In this document: piece by piece, positions 44,523 to 58,715 of the stretch | Position numbering within the stretch: position 1 is the stretch's first letter | Layout: every line of letters starts with the position of its first letter | Assembly (NCBI GenBank): GCA_951406725.2 | Contig: OX597823.1 | Coordinates: 18,104,001-18,168,000, forward strand | Origin: Octopus vulgaris | Lineage: Eukaryota | Direction: 5' to 3' | DNA: 64,000 nt | Translations under genes and position numbers: made by a program | The notes under the pieces: model-generated | The model's input: only the letters and a program-made list of their open reading frames with translations | Told to the model about the DNA's origin: nothing | Database searches by the model: none

Positions 44523-47500
44523 GCCGACTACGGCTGCTATAATGGTACGATTATAATTGTAACGGCAATGATGGCCGTCTCCCCACGAGCCAATCAAAGC
44601 TAAAAAATGATAACATTATCGTAGCACCAAAATGTTTTTGGAAACTAAAAGGAAAACTAAATCAGTATACCAAATCGCTTGTTCTATGGTTAATCTGGAA
44701 GCGCGTCCCCCAGGGAAGAGCCAGCCTGGGATCGAAAAGTCATCAACTGGCACAAACTCTTCTCCGAATACGGACATGGGTGGTCACTTGAACGGGAAAT
44801 CCCCCAACTCGAGCCCTCCAAGTTCACCACCACAACCACCAGAGAAAGAAAAATGTAAGCGGAACAAATGGACCCGAGAAGAGTATAAAGAAGTAATATA
44901 CGCTTATTACTATGCATTAGGTAGGCCATCTCAAGAGAGACACACCGCAAACTCTTACAGTATATGGAGAACACGGATTCAAGACAGTAGGCCCTATTTG
45001 GACGAGAACAAATTAGCAAATGTGAGGAGGGATATCCTTAGAAATAACAGACTCACAGACAGAGAAATAAGCGCGATCAAGCACGCAACGGAAAATGACA
45101 TAAATATAAGACACAAAGGAAATGAAGAATCAGATGAACAGTATAGCCCGCCACGAGGCTTAATTGAAAGACTGCCATCTGACCAAAGTACGCAAAGGCA
45201 TGAAGATACAAGAAATTCTATTGTACTTGTTAAAGATAGCCAGGAAAACGAAAAAACAACAGTAACTGAAGATCTCGCATTTGCTGAAGAACACAGAGAG
45301 TCTATGGCAGAAATGAGGCAGAAAATCCTGAATACGCTTGAAGTTGTAAGACATACAAGTATGAATGTTAGAGAACCACTTCATAAACTCTCAAATACAA
45401 ACCAAAATAAAAAACAAATCCAAATTGGCAACTACGTAACAAATGAAATAATACGAGAATAAAAACCTGATTTTACTGAGTTAAATGAAATTATTTACGC
45501 TTCTGCTAGGGCAATTGAAACCAGCTGTATGCCCCCGAAAAAACAAAGAAAACAAAACCTGGGAAGAAATCAAACCTGGAGAAGTAAAATTGAAAAAGAG
45601 ATTGAATTTATGAGAGGGGAAATATCAATATTAAATGAACTAATATGTGGAAATGATGTAAGATCCAGAACAGGAAGAAAGATGAAGAGAAAATGTGGAT
45701 CCTCACCAAGAGAAGAACTGATATCAATAAAAGAAACGCTGAAACAAAAAGTCCAAGCAAAAGCCCAAAGAATACGAAGATTTGAGAAGAGAAACAAGTT
45801 TTACAAGCAAAATAAGCTGTTCATATCCACTGCCAAAAAATTCTACAGAGAAATAGGGAAGGAGAAAGTAACCGTTAAAGACCCCCCTCCCATGGAAGAA
45901 GTTCAAAACTTTTGGAAAAGGATTTGGAGTGACAAGAAGACGTACAACATAAATGCAGATTGGATTATACAAACTGAAGGATCCTACCAAAATTTACAAG
46001 AACAAGCATGGGAAGACATCACAATAGCAGACCTAAGAAAGGCACTCACGAAGGCCCATAATTGGAAATCCCCCAGTAAAGATAGGGTGCCGAATTTCTG
46101 GCTCGCATCGCTCCCATGCGCACACGGTAAGCTAGTTCAGCTGCTCGATGGAATTATGAGAGACCCAAAGAAAACACCTGAATGGTTAGCAAGTGGCATT
46201 ACTTACCTACTCCCAAAGAATAACGAAACCAACCTTCCAAAAAACTATCGGCCTATAACCTGTCTATCCACCACGTATAAAATCCTAACATCTATCCTGG
46301 CGGAGAAAACATATGCATTCATGGAGAAGAACGATATTTTCCCCATTGAACAAAAAGGGTGCCGCCGAGGCTCTTACGGATGCAAAGATCAACTGCTAAT
46401 CAATCGTATGATCCTTGAGAACTGTCACAACAAGCGCAGAAATCTCAGCACCGCATGGATTGACTATAAAAAGGCCTTCGACAGTATACCGCATCCATGG
46501 ATCTTGAGATCGCTGGACATCTTCAAAATTTCCCCTGTGATTTCAAACTTCCTGAAGCACAATATGTCGTTGTGGAATACGAATCTCCAATTATACCACT
46601 CTAATGGAGTACTTGTCTCAGAAAATATAAGCATCAACTGTGGAATTTTTCAAGGTGACTCACTTTCACCTTTAATATTCTGTATAGCCCTAATACCCCT
46701 TACAAGTGAATTAAATATAACAGGGTATGGGTATAAAATTGCCAATAAAAAAATAAGCCATCTATTTTATATGGATGACTTGAAACTTTATGGTAAAGAC
46801 AATAATGAACTTGAAGGCCTATTGCGCACCGTGAAAGCATTCAGCGATGACATCGGGATGGAGTTTGGACTTGAGAAGTGTGCCAAGGCCACTTTCCAGA
46901 AAGGGAAAGTGAAGACCACAAATTCAGTCGTGTTAGATGTTGACACAGTCATAAGAGAGCTTGAGCAAGAACAAACATACAAATATTTAGGGATAAATGA
47001 AGGCTCTGGTATTCAGCATGCAAGCATGAAAGAAAAGATCAGGAAGGAATGTTATAGGAGAGTTCGTGCAGTCCTGAAATCTGAACTAAATGCACGTAAC
47101 AAGGTGTTAGCTATATATTCCTTAGCAGTTCCAGTTGTTACTTATAGCTACAATGTGTTGAACTGGAATATGAGTGAAGTAAAGAATATAGATAGGAAAG
47201 TACGCAAGCTGCTGAGTTGTAATAGGATGCACCACCCAAAGGCAGACGTAGATCGCTTTACCTTCTCAGAGTCCAAGGAGGTCGAGGCCTGATCCAATTT
47301 GAACTAGCTTACAAAACAACCACAATTGGACTGGCCAAATATCTCGAAATATCGAATGACTGGATGCTAAAGCTCGTGGAAAATCACGAGAGACGAAAGA
47401 AGCTTCATTCTATCATAAAGGAAAGCAAAAAATTTGCTATTAATCTCGTGCAGGATACCCAAACTGAACAACCCGAGGGAAGTACGGCAACTATTGTTGC

Positions 47501-48502
47501 AAAGGAGGTGAAAATGATGGCAACGAATAAAGCGCACGAGCAATTGGCTGATAGGTGGGAGGAGAAACCTCTGCACGGCAAATATGTGACCCGCAGCAAA
47601 CAAGCTGATGTTGACCAGAAGCAAACCCATCAGTGGCTGTGGAGCTCAGGGCTAAAAGCAGAGAGCGAAGGTTTCATCCTGGCTGCTCAAGATCAAAGCC
47701 TATTAACCCGGAACTACCAGGCCAATATGATGAAAAATGGAGCAGACCCAAAATGCCGATTCTGCAACGACATGATTGAAACAGTGGACCACCTAATCTC
47801 TGGATGTAAAGTCTTAGCACCAGTGGAGTATAAATTAAGACATGACAGAGTTGGCCAATATCTCCACTGGCTAATAAGTCGGCATTACAATATCAAAACT
47901 GCCGACAAGTGGTATAATCACCACCCTGAGGCTGTAACTGAAGGAGAAAATGTAACCATTCTGTGGGACTTTCCAGTACATACAGACCGAACCATCAAGG
48001 CCAATAAACCAGATATTGTTGTGAAAGACCAAAACAATAAAGTTTGCTTATTGATCGACATGAGCATCCCCTGTGATCATAATATCTCAGCGAAAGAGTT
48101 TGACAAGCTCAGAAAATATAAAGACCTACTCATTGAAATTGAGAAAATGTGGCATCTCAAGGCGGTTACAATACCAGTGATCGTAGGAGCACTAGGAATG
48201 ATCAAGAAGGGAACCGAAAATTATATGAGAATGATCCCTGGCTTACCATCCCTGCAAGAAGTGCAAAAGATTGTCTTAACTGGTACATCACACATATTGA
48301 GAAGAGCATTGTCGATGTGAGAACTGTTGCTGCTCATGTATTTTAATTTAACTTTAAAAAAATTTAAAAAAAAAAAATGAACGAACTATTGAGTTTGATT
48401 TAATGGCTTACCAATGTATACTATGAGTTTCTTTGCCCTAGGAGTCGGGAAGACACTCGGCAAGAAATGGAAGCAAATTTGAAAGAAGAAAAAAACAAAA
48501 AA
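44523..48502 (+). mobile_element. Near-full-length R4/Dong-clade non-LTR retrotransposon in (TAA)n-like sequence
   Basis: Single long coding region with RT and REL endonuclease; TAA-like repeats just 5' and (TAA)n at 48503-48546; 5' boundary approximate. Confidence 0.9.
44632..48320 (+). pseudogene. RT + CCHC zinc knuckle + restriction-like endonuclease polyprotein with two lesions
   Basis: NYRPITCL, WIDYKKAFDS, GIFQGDSLSP, YMDD, YKYLG, CRFC..H...C, RHD, KPDIVV..LIDMSIP..K..KY; one in-frame TAA at 45460-45462 and a 1-bp deletion near 47256. Confidence 0.92.
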
Positions 48503-48548
<46 letters not shown>

Positions 48549-48549
<1 letters not shown>

Positions 48550-48947
48550 TAGATAAGGAAAAGCGAAGTTGCTTATTTGTTGTCCCTTCATGCCCATTTG
48601 ATTCCATAATCGTAAAGAAAGAGGAAGAAAAACAAAAGATATACAATCCCTTAAAATTTGAAATAGGAAGAATTTGGAGCATGTGGACAGTAAACGCCAT
48701 GCCTATAATAATTAGTACATTGGGAATAGTAAGTCTAGATATGGACAAAAGGCTGAAGAAGATTGAAATAGAATGCCCCCTAGAGCTCCTACAGAATGTT
48801 TGTATCTTAGAGACAGCAAGGATCACCAGGAGGATCCAGAGTATTTGAAAGTCTGCTGAAAATTTGTGGATACCTTAAGTTACAAGAAGTAACCTGCTAT
48901 CCACATAATCCCTACCAAGAATATGACCGAACCTGAGAAAAACCAAA
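48549..48947 (+). mobile_element. 3' fragment of a second, divergent R4/Dong-like family
   Basis: IDKEKRSCL..SCPFD..KKEEEK..Y..LKFEIGRIW..PIII.TLG..LQNVCILETARITRR aligns with the REL C-terminus; flanked by TAA repeats. Confidence 0.75.
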
Positions 48948-49091
48948 ATAATAATAATGATGACGTTGTTGTTGTTGTTGTTGTTGATGATGATGATGAT
49001 GATGATGATAATGATGATATTAATGAGGAGGAGGAAGAGGAGGAAAACACAAATGATACAGACAGACAGATAGATAGATAGACAGACAGAC

Positions 49092-49150
<59 letters not shown>

Positions 49151-49151
49151 C

Positions 49152-49210
<59 letters not shown>

Positions 49211-49253
49211 CAGACAGATACATACATACATACATGCATACATACATACATAA

Positions 49254-49350
<97 letters not shown>

Positions 49351-49355
49351 CAGAC

Positions 49356-49428
<73 letters not shown>

Positions 49429-49649
49429 TGCTTATGTACATATAATAACCTGTGTGCGTATACGTAACTACATTTATGATTACAGGGGTGAATCAGTGTC
49501 ATGCTCCTCGTATACAGGGTGGGTGGAAAATCACTAAGCATTAGAAATTGCTTATAGAATGTTTAGTACCACTGAAGTCATAACGAAAACATTTTTTAAA
49601 CAGACAACACTAACGGGGATTTTCTGTTTTCTCATTGTCTTATTTCTTA

Positions 49650-50044
49650 CTAGCAGTATCGCCCGGCGTTGCTCGGGTTTGTAAGGGAAATAACTATATA
49701 AGCATTTTTAGAGAGTTATAGCCAAAAAATAGCAAAAAAATGCATTAAAAATGGAAGAAAAAATGATGGTAATTTTTTTTTTAAATCGTTGACTCATCGT
49801 AGACATTTTTAGAGAGTTACTTCCCTTATATAATAGCGAAAAAATGCATTAAAATGGAAAAAATGATGGTAATTTTTTTAAATCGTAGACTCATCGTAGA
49901 CGCACGCTAATACCCAGAAGGGCTTGATATGAATCACGACTATAAGATACCCGGTTTTGGTTAAACTGCACCGCAAAATGTGGGAGTAGTTAGGAATCTA
50001 AATCGTAGGAGACAGACACACTACCTCTCTTTTATATATAAAGA
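49650..50044 (-). mobile_element. Non-autonomous Helitron
   Basis: 5' TC, 3' CCCGAGCAACGCCGGG hairpin + CTAG, inserted between A and T with no TSD; internal ~110-bp tandem repeat. Confidence 0.85.
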
Positions 50045-50371
50045 TTTTCCAGATGGCCGGTCGTTTGACTGTCCAGGAGCTAAGATAGCAGCACGCTATG
50101 AAGTGTGGAATTCCATTGTTTTGGTTCAGAGAGGATGGCACGCAAGGAAAGGTAAGCATGCAACATTACGTCCAGAGAGAATAAAAAGGTGTCATGCAAA
50201 GCTGATGACCACAAGCTTTGTGAACGATGCAAGAAGTGGCCGTCCAACCACATCCCGATCAGCGGAGAGCGTGACAACAGTGCAGGAAATGTTTAATCGC
50301 AGCCCGCAAAAATCAACATGTCAAGTAACTCGTGAAAGTGGACTAACACGATACATAATACGTACGGTGTT

Positions 50372-50562
50372 ACTCTTTTACTCTTTTACTTATTTCAGTC
50401 ATTTGACTGTGGCCATGCTGGAGCACCGCCTTTAGTCGCGCAAATCGACCCCAGGACTTATTCTATCAGTCTCTTTTGCCGAACCGCTAAGTCACGGCGA
50501 CATAAACACACCAGCATCAGTTGTCAAGCGATGTTGGGGGACAAACACAGACACATACACAC

Positions 50563-50618
<56 letters not shown>

Positions 50619-50807
50619 AAGCCCGTCGTGTATATATATATATACACGACGGGCTTCTTTCAGTTTCCGTCTATCAAATTCACTCACAAGGCTTTGGTCG
50701 GCCCGAGGCTACAGTAGAAGACACTTGCTCAAGTTGCCACGCAGTGGGACTGAACCCGGAACTTTGAAGTTCGTAAGCAAGCTACTTACCACACAGCCAC
50801 TCCTACG
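50372..50807 (-). mobile_element. SINE family C
   Basis: Similar to 30416-30815. Confidence 0.85.
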
Positions 50808-51219
50808 CATATTGCATAAAGAATTGAATTTTCATCTATGGAAACACTATTACATGCAGGAAACACCAGTACCTGAAGACTGTGGCCTCAGAAGTTCAGA
50901 AGTCCAGAACTCCAAGAATTTCAGATCTCACTCTATGTGAGAAGGTGTACAAAACAAAACCTCGCACACTGGATGGCTTGGAGACATCCTTCGAAAGTTT
51001 TTTCATTCCATACCTGGCCGTTTGAGTAAACTGGTTGACGCCACCGGTGCTTACGTTGAAATATGAAGATTTACTTTCATTTTTCCATGCAATAAAGAAC
51101 CTGTATCATTTGTTTCCATAAATTTGTAAAAGAATATCGATTTTATTACCAATTATTAATGCCGATTTACTTTTCACTCACCCTGTATTTCAATAAAATC
51201 TTATACATTTATATCGGAA

Positions 51220-51615
51220 CTAGCAGTATCGCCCGGCGTTGCTCGGGTTTGTAAGGGAAATGACTATATAAGCATTTTTAGAGAGTTATAGCCAAAAAAT
51301 AGCAAAAAATGCATTAAAATGGAAAAAAAAATATGGTAATTTTTTTTTAAATCGTTGACTCATCGTAGACATTTTTAGAGAGTTACTTCCCTTATATAAT
51401 AGCGAAAAAAATGCATTAAAATGGAAAAAAATGATGGTAATTTTTTTAAATCGTAGACTCATCGTAGATGCGCACTAATACCCAGAAGGGCTCGATATGA
51501 ATCACGACTATAAGATACTCGGTTTTGGTTAAATGCACCGCAAAATGTGGGAGTAGTTAGGAATCTAAATCGTAGGAGACAGACAGACACACAACCTCAC
51601 TTTTATATATAAAGA
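51220..51615 (-). mobile_element. Non-autonomous Helitron, second copy
   Basis: Nearly identical to 49650-50044; same termini, A|T target. Confidence 0.85.
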
Positions 51616-52145
51616 TATAATAACAGGCTGAAATACAATAGACAAAAATCATTAAGGGCGGTGCCCCAGCAAGGCCGTACTCAAATGATTGATATCAGTA
51701 AAAGATAAAATTTAAAAAAACAAAAATAATTTGTCAACGAAATAACTAAACTAGAACACAAGACAAACATCGGAATGTCCTAGTTAAATCGGAATGGTGT
51801 GTGTCGAGCTAATGATTTCATGTTATTTAATGATGAATGAGAAAGAAAGTAGCTTAATAGAACCAACCCCAAACACCAATGCTTTTCTCGACATAAAATT
51901 TGATACAGTAGGCAAATTTCTTACACACAGACACACACACACACACATACACGTACGTATATATATATGTGTGTGTTAACGTGCATACGCACGTTTATGT
52001 GTGTGTGTGTGGCTTATCCGGTTAACATATGTCTGAAATTATGATCCAAGAATAAATATTTAATATTTTTTTTTATTTAATGTTCCTTTCATTTTTTTTC
52101 TTCTTTCTTTGTCTACCGCTTTGAACTTCTGTTCCGCTCTCAAGA

Positions 52146-52306
52146 TTCTTCTTCTTCTTCTTCTTCTTCTTCTTCTTCTTCTTCTTCTTCTTCTTCTTCT
52201 TCTTCTTCTTCTTCTTCTTCTTCTTCTTCTTCTTCTTCTTCTTCTTTTTCTTCTTTTTCTTTTTCTTCTTCTTCTTCTTCTTCTTCTTCTTCTTCTTCTT
52301 CTTCTT

Positions 52307-52365
<59 letters not shown>

Positions 52366-52388
52366 CAATAATAATAATAATAATAATG

Positions 52389-52443
<55 letters not shown>

Positions 52444-52522
52444 CAACAACAGCAATAATGATAATAATGAAAATAATAGGAATAAGAATTATCGTTACTA
52501 TTATTATTATTATTATTATTAT

Positions 52523-52564
<42 letters not shown>

Positions 52565-52582
52565 CAGTAGCAGCAGCAGCAG
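52146..52582. repeat. Compound trinucleotide array (CTT)n-(AAT)n-(TTA)n-(AGT)n-(AGC)n
   Basis: Directly visible. Confidence 0.95.
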
Positions 52583-53156
52583 TATATTTTTATCACTCTT
52601 CGTTTTCTTTTTCTTCGTTATCTTCTATATCTTTTTTCATTTTGCCATATTTTTCGTCATTTTCGTCATCATCCTCCATCATCATCACCATCATCATCGT
52701 CGCTGTCATCGTAGTGTTGCTCATCATAATCACCTAGTCTTTTTCATCCTCCTTCCTTCCTTCCTTCATTCATTCCTCTTTCTTCCTCTTTATTTTTAAC
52801 CATGTCATTATTTCAATATTTGTTATAAACTTACAAGCAACGGAATCTCGATTCCAAGTCCTTAAAATCCCCTGATGCCAACCATTTATATGTGTTGAGA
52901 ACGGTGAGTGCTTCAGTCAAGTCACACGTTCTAGACGCCATTTTTTGTCCGCGGAACCAAACAAAACCGTTTTGAAAAAAATGGAGGAAAAGCATTCGAA
53001 AGTTCACGAATTGGGGCAAATACTATGTTTGTGTGTGTTTGTGTGAAAAGCAGCCCGAGAAATATAAACAATATCGAACACGCATACACAAGGTATGCAT
53101 TTTGTCAGTTCGTAGGCAGGTTGCGATGGTAGGTATAAGCGAATATTTTTTTTTAT

Positions 53157-53462
53157 GCGCCCTTTTCAAGCCTAGCCAGGCTCATGAGCCCTGTTTCCCG
53201 GTGTCTATGGAGCATGTGCCCCCCCCCCCCAGCTGGACGGGACGCCAGTCCATCGCAGCGTTACTCAAGAAACAGGAAGAAAGAGTGAGAGAAAGCTGGA
53301 GCGAAAGAGTACAACAGGGGTCGCCACCACTTCCTGCCGGAGCCTCGTGGAGCTTTTAGGTGTTTTCGCTCAATAAACACACACAACGCCTGGTCTGGGA
53401 ATCGAAACCGCGATCCTTAGACCGCGAGTCTGCTGCCCTAACCACTGGGCCATTGCGCCTCC
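53157..53462 (-). mobile_element. SINE family A
   Basis: Same head and tail as 866-1167. Confidence 0.85.
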
Positions 53463-53517
53463 ATGTAAGGGAACATATGAGAATATATATTCTCTTATGC
53501 CTACAACCGATATTTTA

Positions 53518-53548
<31 letters not shown>

Positions 53549-54146
53549 TAGTCTTAGTTCCTATGGGAAAGTTGGTCGGTGTAGAGAGTACTGCAGAATC
53601 ATGGGGTAAATTTGCCAGTCTGCCCCTGGACGATAACTATTTAATGCATTTCAGTAAAATCTCAAAGTTCTGAAGGTGCCTACACCAGCTGAACGTAACA
53701 CAGCAACTTATACTTGCAAAATTGCTCTACTCCATGCGGTTCTAATCTCCTTAGTTTAATTGGTTGACTTAATTTTCAAAAGAAACAAAGCGTTTAATAA
53801 AACTGCTTTAAGATGCTTAAACTAAATATAGTCAGCAACATATCTGGCGGTCTGCCGGTGCTAATCAGTTAATGTTGACTGTATTTTAATTGAAGCTATA
53901 ACTTTAATAAGGTCTGTCTAGAGTTTTCCCTCTTACGTATTTCCCACTGAAAACATCGATGTCTGGGAATCCTGATAGATGGCGCGACACAGGACAGACA
54001 AAGGGATTAAGTCGATTACTGGTACATATTTAATCGACCCCGAAAGGATGAAAGGCAAAGTCGACCTCGGCGTAATTTGAACTCAGAACATAGTGGCAGA
54101 CAAAATACAGCTAAGCATTTCGCCCGGCGTGTTAACGATTCTGCCA

Positions 54147-54181
<35 letters not shown>

Positions 54182-54628
54182 TTTAATTTATTATATAGAA
54201 GGAGCTTCTACAGGACTAGTACTGTTTCATTCAAGAGAAATCTTCAGGAAGCTATTTAACAAGAATTGTATTAGCATTTATACATTTAGGCAGGTTTAAA
54301 GGAGTGGTGGTGGGGGACTTTTTGGGGGTAGGCATAGCGCAAAATATCATACTTGGGGGAGTGGTCAAGGAGTCAGTGGTAAGTTAGATGAAAGAATAGA
54401 TAAATAAAAAAATAAAAAAATAAAAAATAAAAAAATAAAATAAAAAAATAAAAAAATAAAAAATATAAAAAAGATATATAAAAAAATATATATATAAAAT
54501 ATATATATAAAAAAATATATATATAAAAAAAGGGGGATAGAGTTATAGGTAAATAAGGAGATTCTCACTTATACCTATACACACATGTATACGTATCTAC
54601 ACACACATACATACATACACATATATAT

Positions 54629-54677
<49 letters not shown>

Positions 54678-55582
54678 CATATGTACACACATACATACAT
54701 ATCTACATACACACATACATACACCCGCCCACATATACAAATTTATACACATGCACTTGCCTATACCTGTCTACACATACACACACGTATATATGCATAC
54801 ACTCACTCCCATGCATGCACGCATACACACATGTATATATATATATATATATATACCCACGACCACACATACATATATACACATAAAAATATATATTCAT
54901 ACGCACATACACTCATGCACACACAACACACCTAGTTCCCTATATACACATATTTACACCTATATATACATACACCCACATACACCTATGTACACATATA
55001 TATATATAAACATATACACGCATACATATATATACATGTGTGCACATACATACATACACACATATATACATACACATACAGATACACATGTGTACCTATA
55101 CATACCTACACATACACACATACATACATACAAATATACATATACATATATATATATACAATCCAATACAGGCCCATTCCCTAATTTTAATTTTATTATC
55201 TTCATTTATTACTTTTGTTATCTTTGATCGCTAGGGCTAAGAATCCTGGCAATGGCTGCATGTCCATTTGTCTGTCTACTAGAAGGCAAGTACTCATTCC
55301 CGCACGCACACTCATTAGCACGTACATTCACCCATTCGTACACTCATACACATACACGTACGCACGCGTTATATTCATACATACAAACATCTACATACGT
55401 TCACGTATATACACATACGTACTCGTACCTACAGATTCGTGTCTACACTTTAGGAGGCTAGTCTATACATATACACCAATAAATATACATATATATATAT
55501 ATACCCGCATATACATACACACACACACATATATACTCCTACATACAGATACATACCTATATATATATATATATATATACAC

Positions 55583-55615
<33 letters not shown>

Positions 55616-56107
55616 TACATACACATACACACATACATATACACACACATACATACACATATATATACATACACAAACATATATACACACATATATATAT
55701 ACATACACACATACACACATACATACGTATACATACATACATACATCCATACATCCATACTTACATGCATTTATACGCATACACACACCCATCTATATAT
55801 ATGTATATATATATATATATATATACACACTCACACATACATATACAAATCTACGCACACACATACATACATACACGTATACGCATACACGCACATACAC
55901 ATATACATGCGTACCCATACACGTGCACACACGCACGCGCATCCATATATATACACACACACACATATATATACACGTGTGCAAGCATACATACATACTC
56001 ATACGCGCACACATACTTACAAATACATATATGCACACACTTACACACATATATATACATACACATATACATGCATACATACATATATGCATACATACAC
56101 ACACGCA

Positions 56108-56159
<52 letters not shown>

Positions 56160-56195
56160 TATGCATAAGCTTCTTATATATACATATATACATTA

Positions 56196-57048
56196 ACTTC
56201 TTACCACATGGTCCTCACTCCAGGCTACTGCATGGAACCTTGGGCAAGTGTCTCCTATTTTGGTCTCGAGCCGACTAAAGCCTTGTGAGCAGATTTGTAA
56301 GGCGGTAATTGAAAGAAGCCTGTCGTATGTATGTATGTATGTATGTATGTATGTATGTATGTATGTATGTATGTATCTATGTATGTATATGATATGCATA
56401 TATTTATGTGTATGTGTCTTTGTGTCTGTGTCCAACTGTCCCCTTCCACCATTGCTTGACAACTGGCGTTGGTGTGTTTACGTCCTTATAATTTAACGAT
56501 TCGGCAAAAGAACCGAGAGAGTTCTTACTCAGAGAGGCTTGCAAAGAATAAGTCCTGGGGCCGATTTCTTCGACTAAAACCCTTTAAGGTGTTCCAGTAT
56601 GGTCTCAGTCAAATAACAAGAGATACAAGAATACATACATAGGCGTAGGAGTGGCTGTGTAGTAAGTAGCTTGCTAACCAACCACATGGTTCCGGGTTCA
56701 GTCCCACTGTGTGGCACTTTGGGCAAGTGTCTTCTACTATAGCCTCGGGCCGACCAAAGCCTTGTGAGTTGATTTGGTAGGTGGAAACTGAAAGAAGCCC
56801 GTCGTATATATGTATATGTATATAAGAATGTGTGTGTGTGTATATGTTTGTGTGTCCGTGTTTGTCCACCCAACGTCACTTGACAACCGATGCTGGTTTG
56901 TTTACGTCCCCGTAACTTAGCAGTTCGGCAAAAGAGACCGATAGAATAAGTACTAGGCTTACGAAGAATAAGTTCTGGGGTCGATTTGTTCGACTAAAGG
57001 CGGTGCTCCAGTATGGCCGCAGTCAAATGACTGAAACAAGTAAAAGAG

Positions 57049-57049
<1 letters not shown>
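56196..57049 (+). mobile_element. Two tandem family C SINEs (56196-56616 diverged; 56641-57049 full length)
   Basis: Similar to 30416-30815. Confidence 0.8.
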
Positions 57050-57117
<68 letters not shown>

Positions 57118-57163
57118 TATATATATTCATACATATATATATACATATATATATATATTTTGT

Positions 57164-57202
<39 letters not shown>

Positions 57203-57212
57203 TATATATACT

Positions 57213-57267
<55 letters not shown>

Positions 57268-57665
57268 GTATGTATATATGTGTGTGTGTGCGTGTGTGTG
57301 TGTATGTGTGTCGTGTAGGAGTAGAGAAGACTCCCATTTCTTTTTAAGAAAGCCGTGGGGAGAAAGATGCTCTGACATGAAACCTGCAGTCGAAACAGTA
57401 CCCGCCATCTTGCAATGGCTGTCACTGGAACCGACAGTGACGAGCGAGAGAGTGGCTTAAGAGTTGCGCTCAATCTTTTGTCACTTAAACTCAAACGACG
57501 CGCAGATGTCTCAATATTCATTTCATTTGAATGCGAGCAGGTTATCATCTGACAAATGAGGCAATCGCTATCGTATATGCCTGCAAATATGTATGTACGT
57601 ACGTACGTATGTATCTGTGCACACGTATTTATATATATATGTATATATGTGTGTATGAATAGTTA

Positions 57666-57769
57666 CAGGGCGGGCTAGAAGTCAGGACGTCTGACTGCAT
57701 ATTGTGATGTGTGGGCATAATCTGGTGGCATCAGCTGTTGCACACACTGCATTTATGGAGCCCACCCTA
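57666..57769. mobile_element. ~100-bp Tc1/mariner-type MITE
   Basis: TA-CAGGGCGGGCT ... AGCCCACCCTA-TA imperfect TIRs. Confidence 0.5.
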
Positions 57770-57793
57770 TACATATACACATACATACATACA

Positions 57794-57824
<31 letters not shown>

Positions 57825-57835
57825 GTATACATACA

Positions 57836-57871
<36 letters not shown>

Positions 57872-57907
57872 TATGTATGTATGTATGTATATATATATGT
57901 ATGTATG

Positions 57908-57960
<53 letters not shown>

Positions 57961-58098
57961 GTATGTATGCATGTATGTATATGTATATATGCACACACAC
58001 ACACACACACACACACATACATATTCACATATCTAAGTATATATGTACGTGTTTTTCGTTCTCCCAGAGGCTGCTATCATAGCAGTGAGAGGGGGAGT

Positions 58099-58132
<34 letters not shown>

Positions 58133-58277
58133 GAGTTTATGTGCTTAAGGGGACAGAATCACTTCTAAGTTTCTTTTTAGGCACATGTATATACACATAC
58201 ATTTATGTGTGTATGCATGTATATACATACATATGCATATAGATGCACTGGACATATAAATACATCTACATTCATGA

Positions 58278-58310
<33 letters not shown>

Positions 58311-58344
58311 TTTATATATATTTATATATATATTTTTTTATTTT

Positions 58345-58715
58345 ATTTTATCTAGTTTCAGCTCACGAGCTGTGGCCATGCTGGGGCACCGCCATTTGGT
58401 GTTGCTACATGATTTTACTTCACAAATGCTTTTTAGCAATTGCCATTTGGTGCATGAGAGAGTTCGATTCAGTTGCCCTCATCTGCACCTCCTACCGTGA
58501 GGTTGGTTCATCTGGGACACCTGATAGGAAGAAATCCAGTTTCATTTTAAAGACATCTGCATCCACCCCATGCAGGTCTCTCAGGTTCTTCGGGGGGGTA
58601 TCGAAGAACTGCGGGCCCCCGAAGCCCAGGCCATCACAGCATCTTGTCCTACATCTTGATGGCAAATTTGGAGACCCTGGCACCATGCAGCCTCGCCCAG
58701 CTCTAGCATCTGTGC
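58345..58715 (-). mobile_element. CR1-clade LINE 3' fragment
   Basis: GPQFFDTPPKNLRDLHGVDADVFKMKLDFFLSGVPDEP; tail GGCGGTGCCCCAGCATGGCCACAGCTCGTGAGCTGAAACTAG. Confidence 0.75.

Larger units (their letters stand above)
49515..51185 (+). mobile_element. Internally deleted Tc1/mariner-superfamily element (DUF4817-type N-terminus) with nested Helitron and SINE
   Basis: TA-CAGGGTGGGTGGAAAA / TTTTCACTCACCCTG-TA TIRs; AKIAARYEVWNSIVLVQR..RSGRPTTSRS..FNRSPQKS. Confidence 0.8.

Noticed and set aside
44523-44631. Possible HDV-like ribozyme at the 5' end of the Dong-like element
   Set aside because: CGT-CTCCCC-ACG resembles P3/L3, but I could not build P1.1, P2 or P4.
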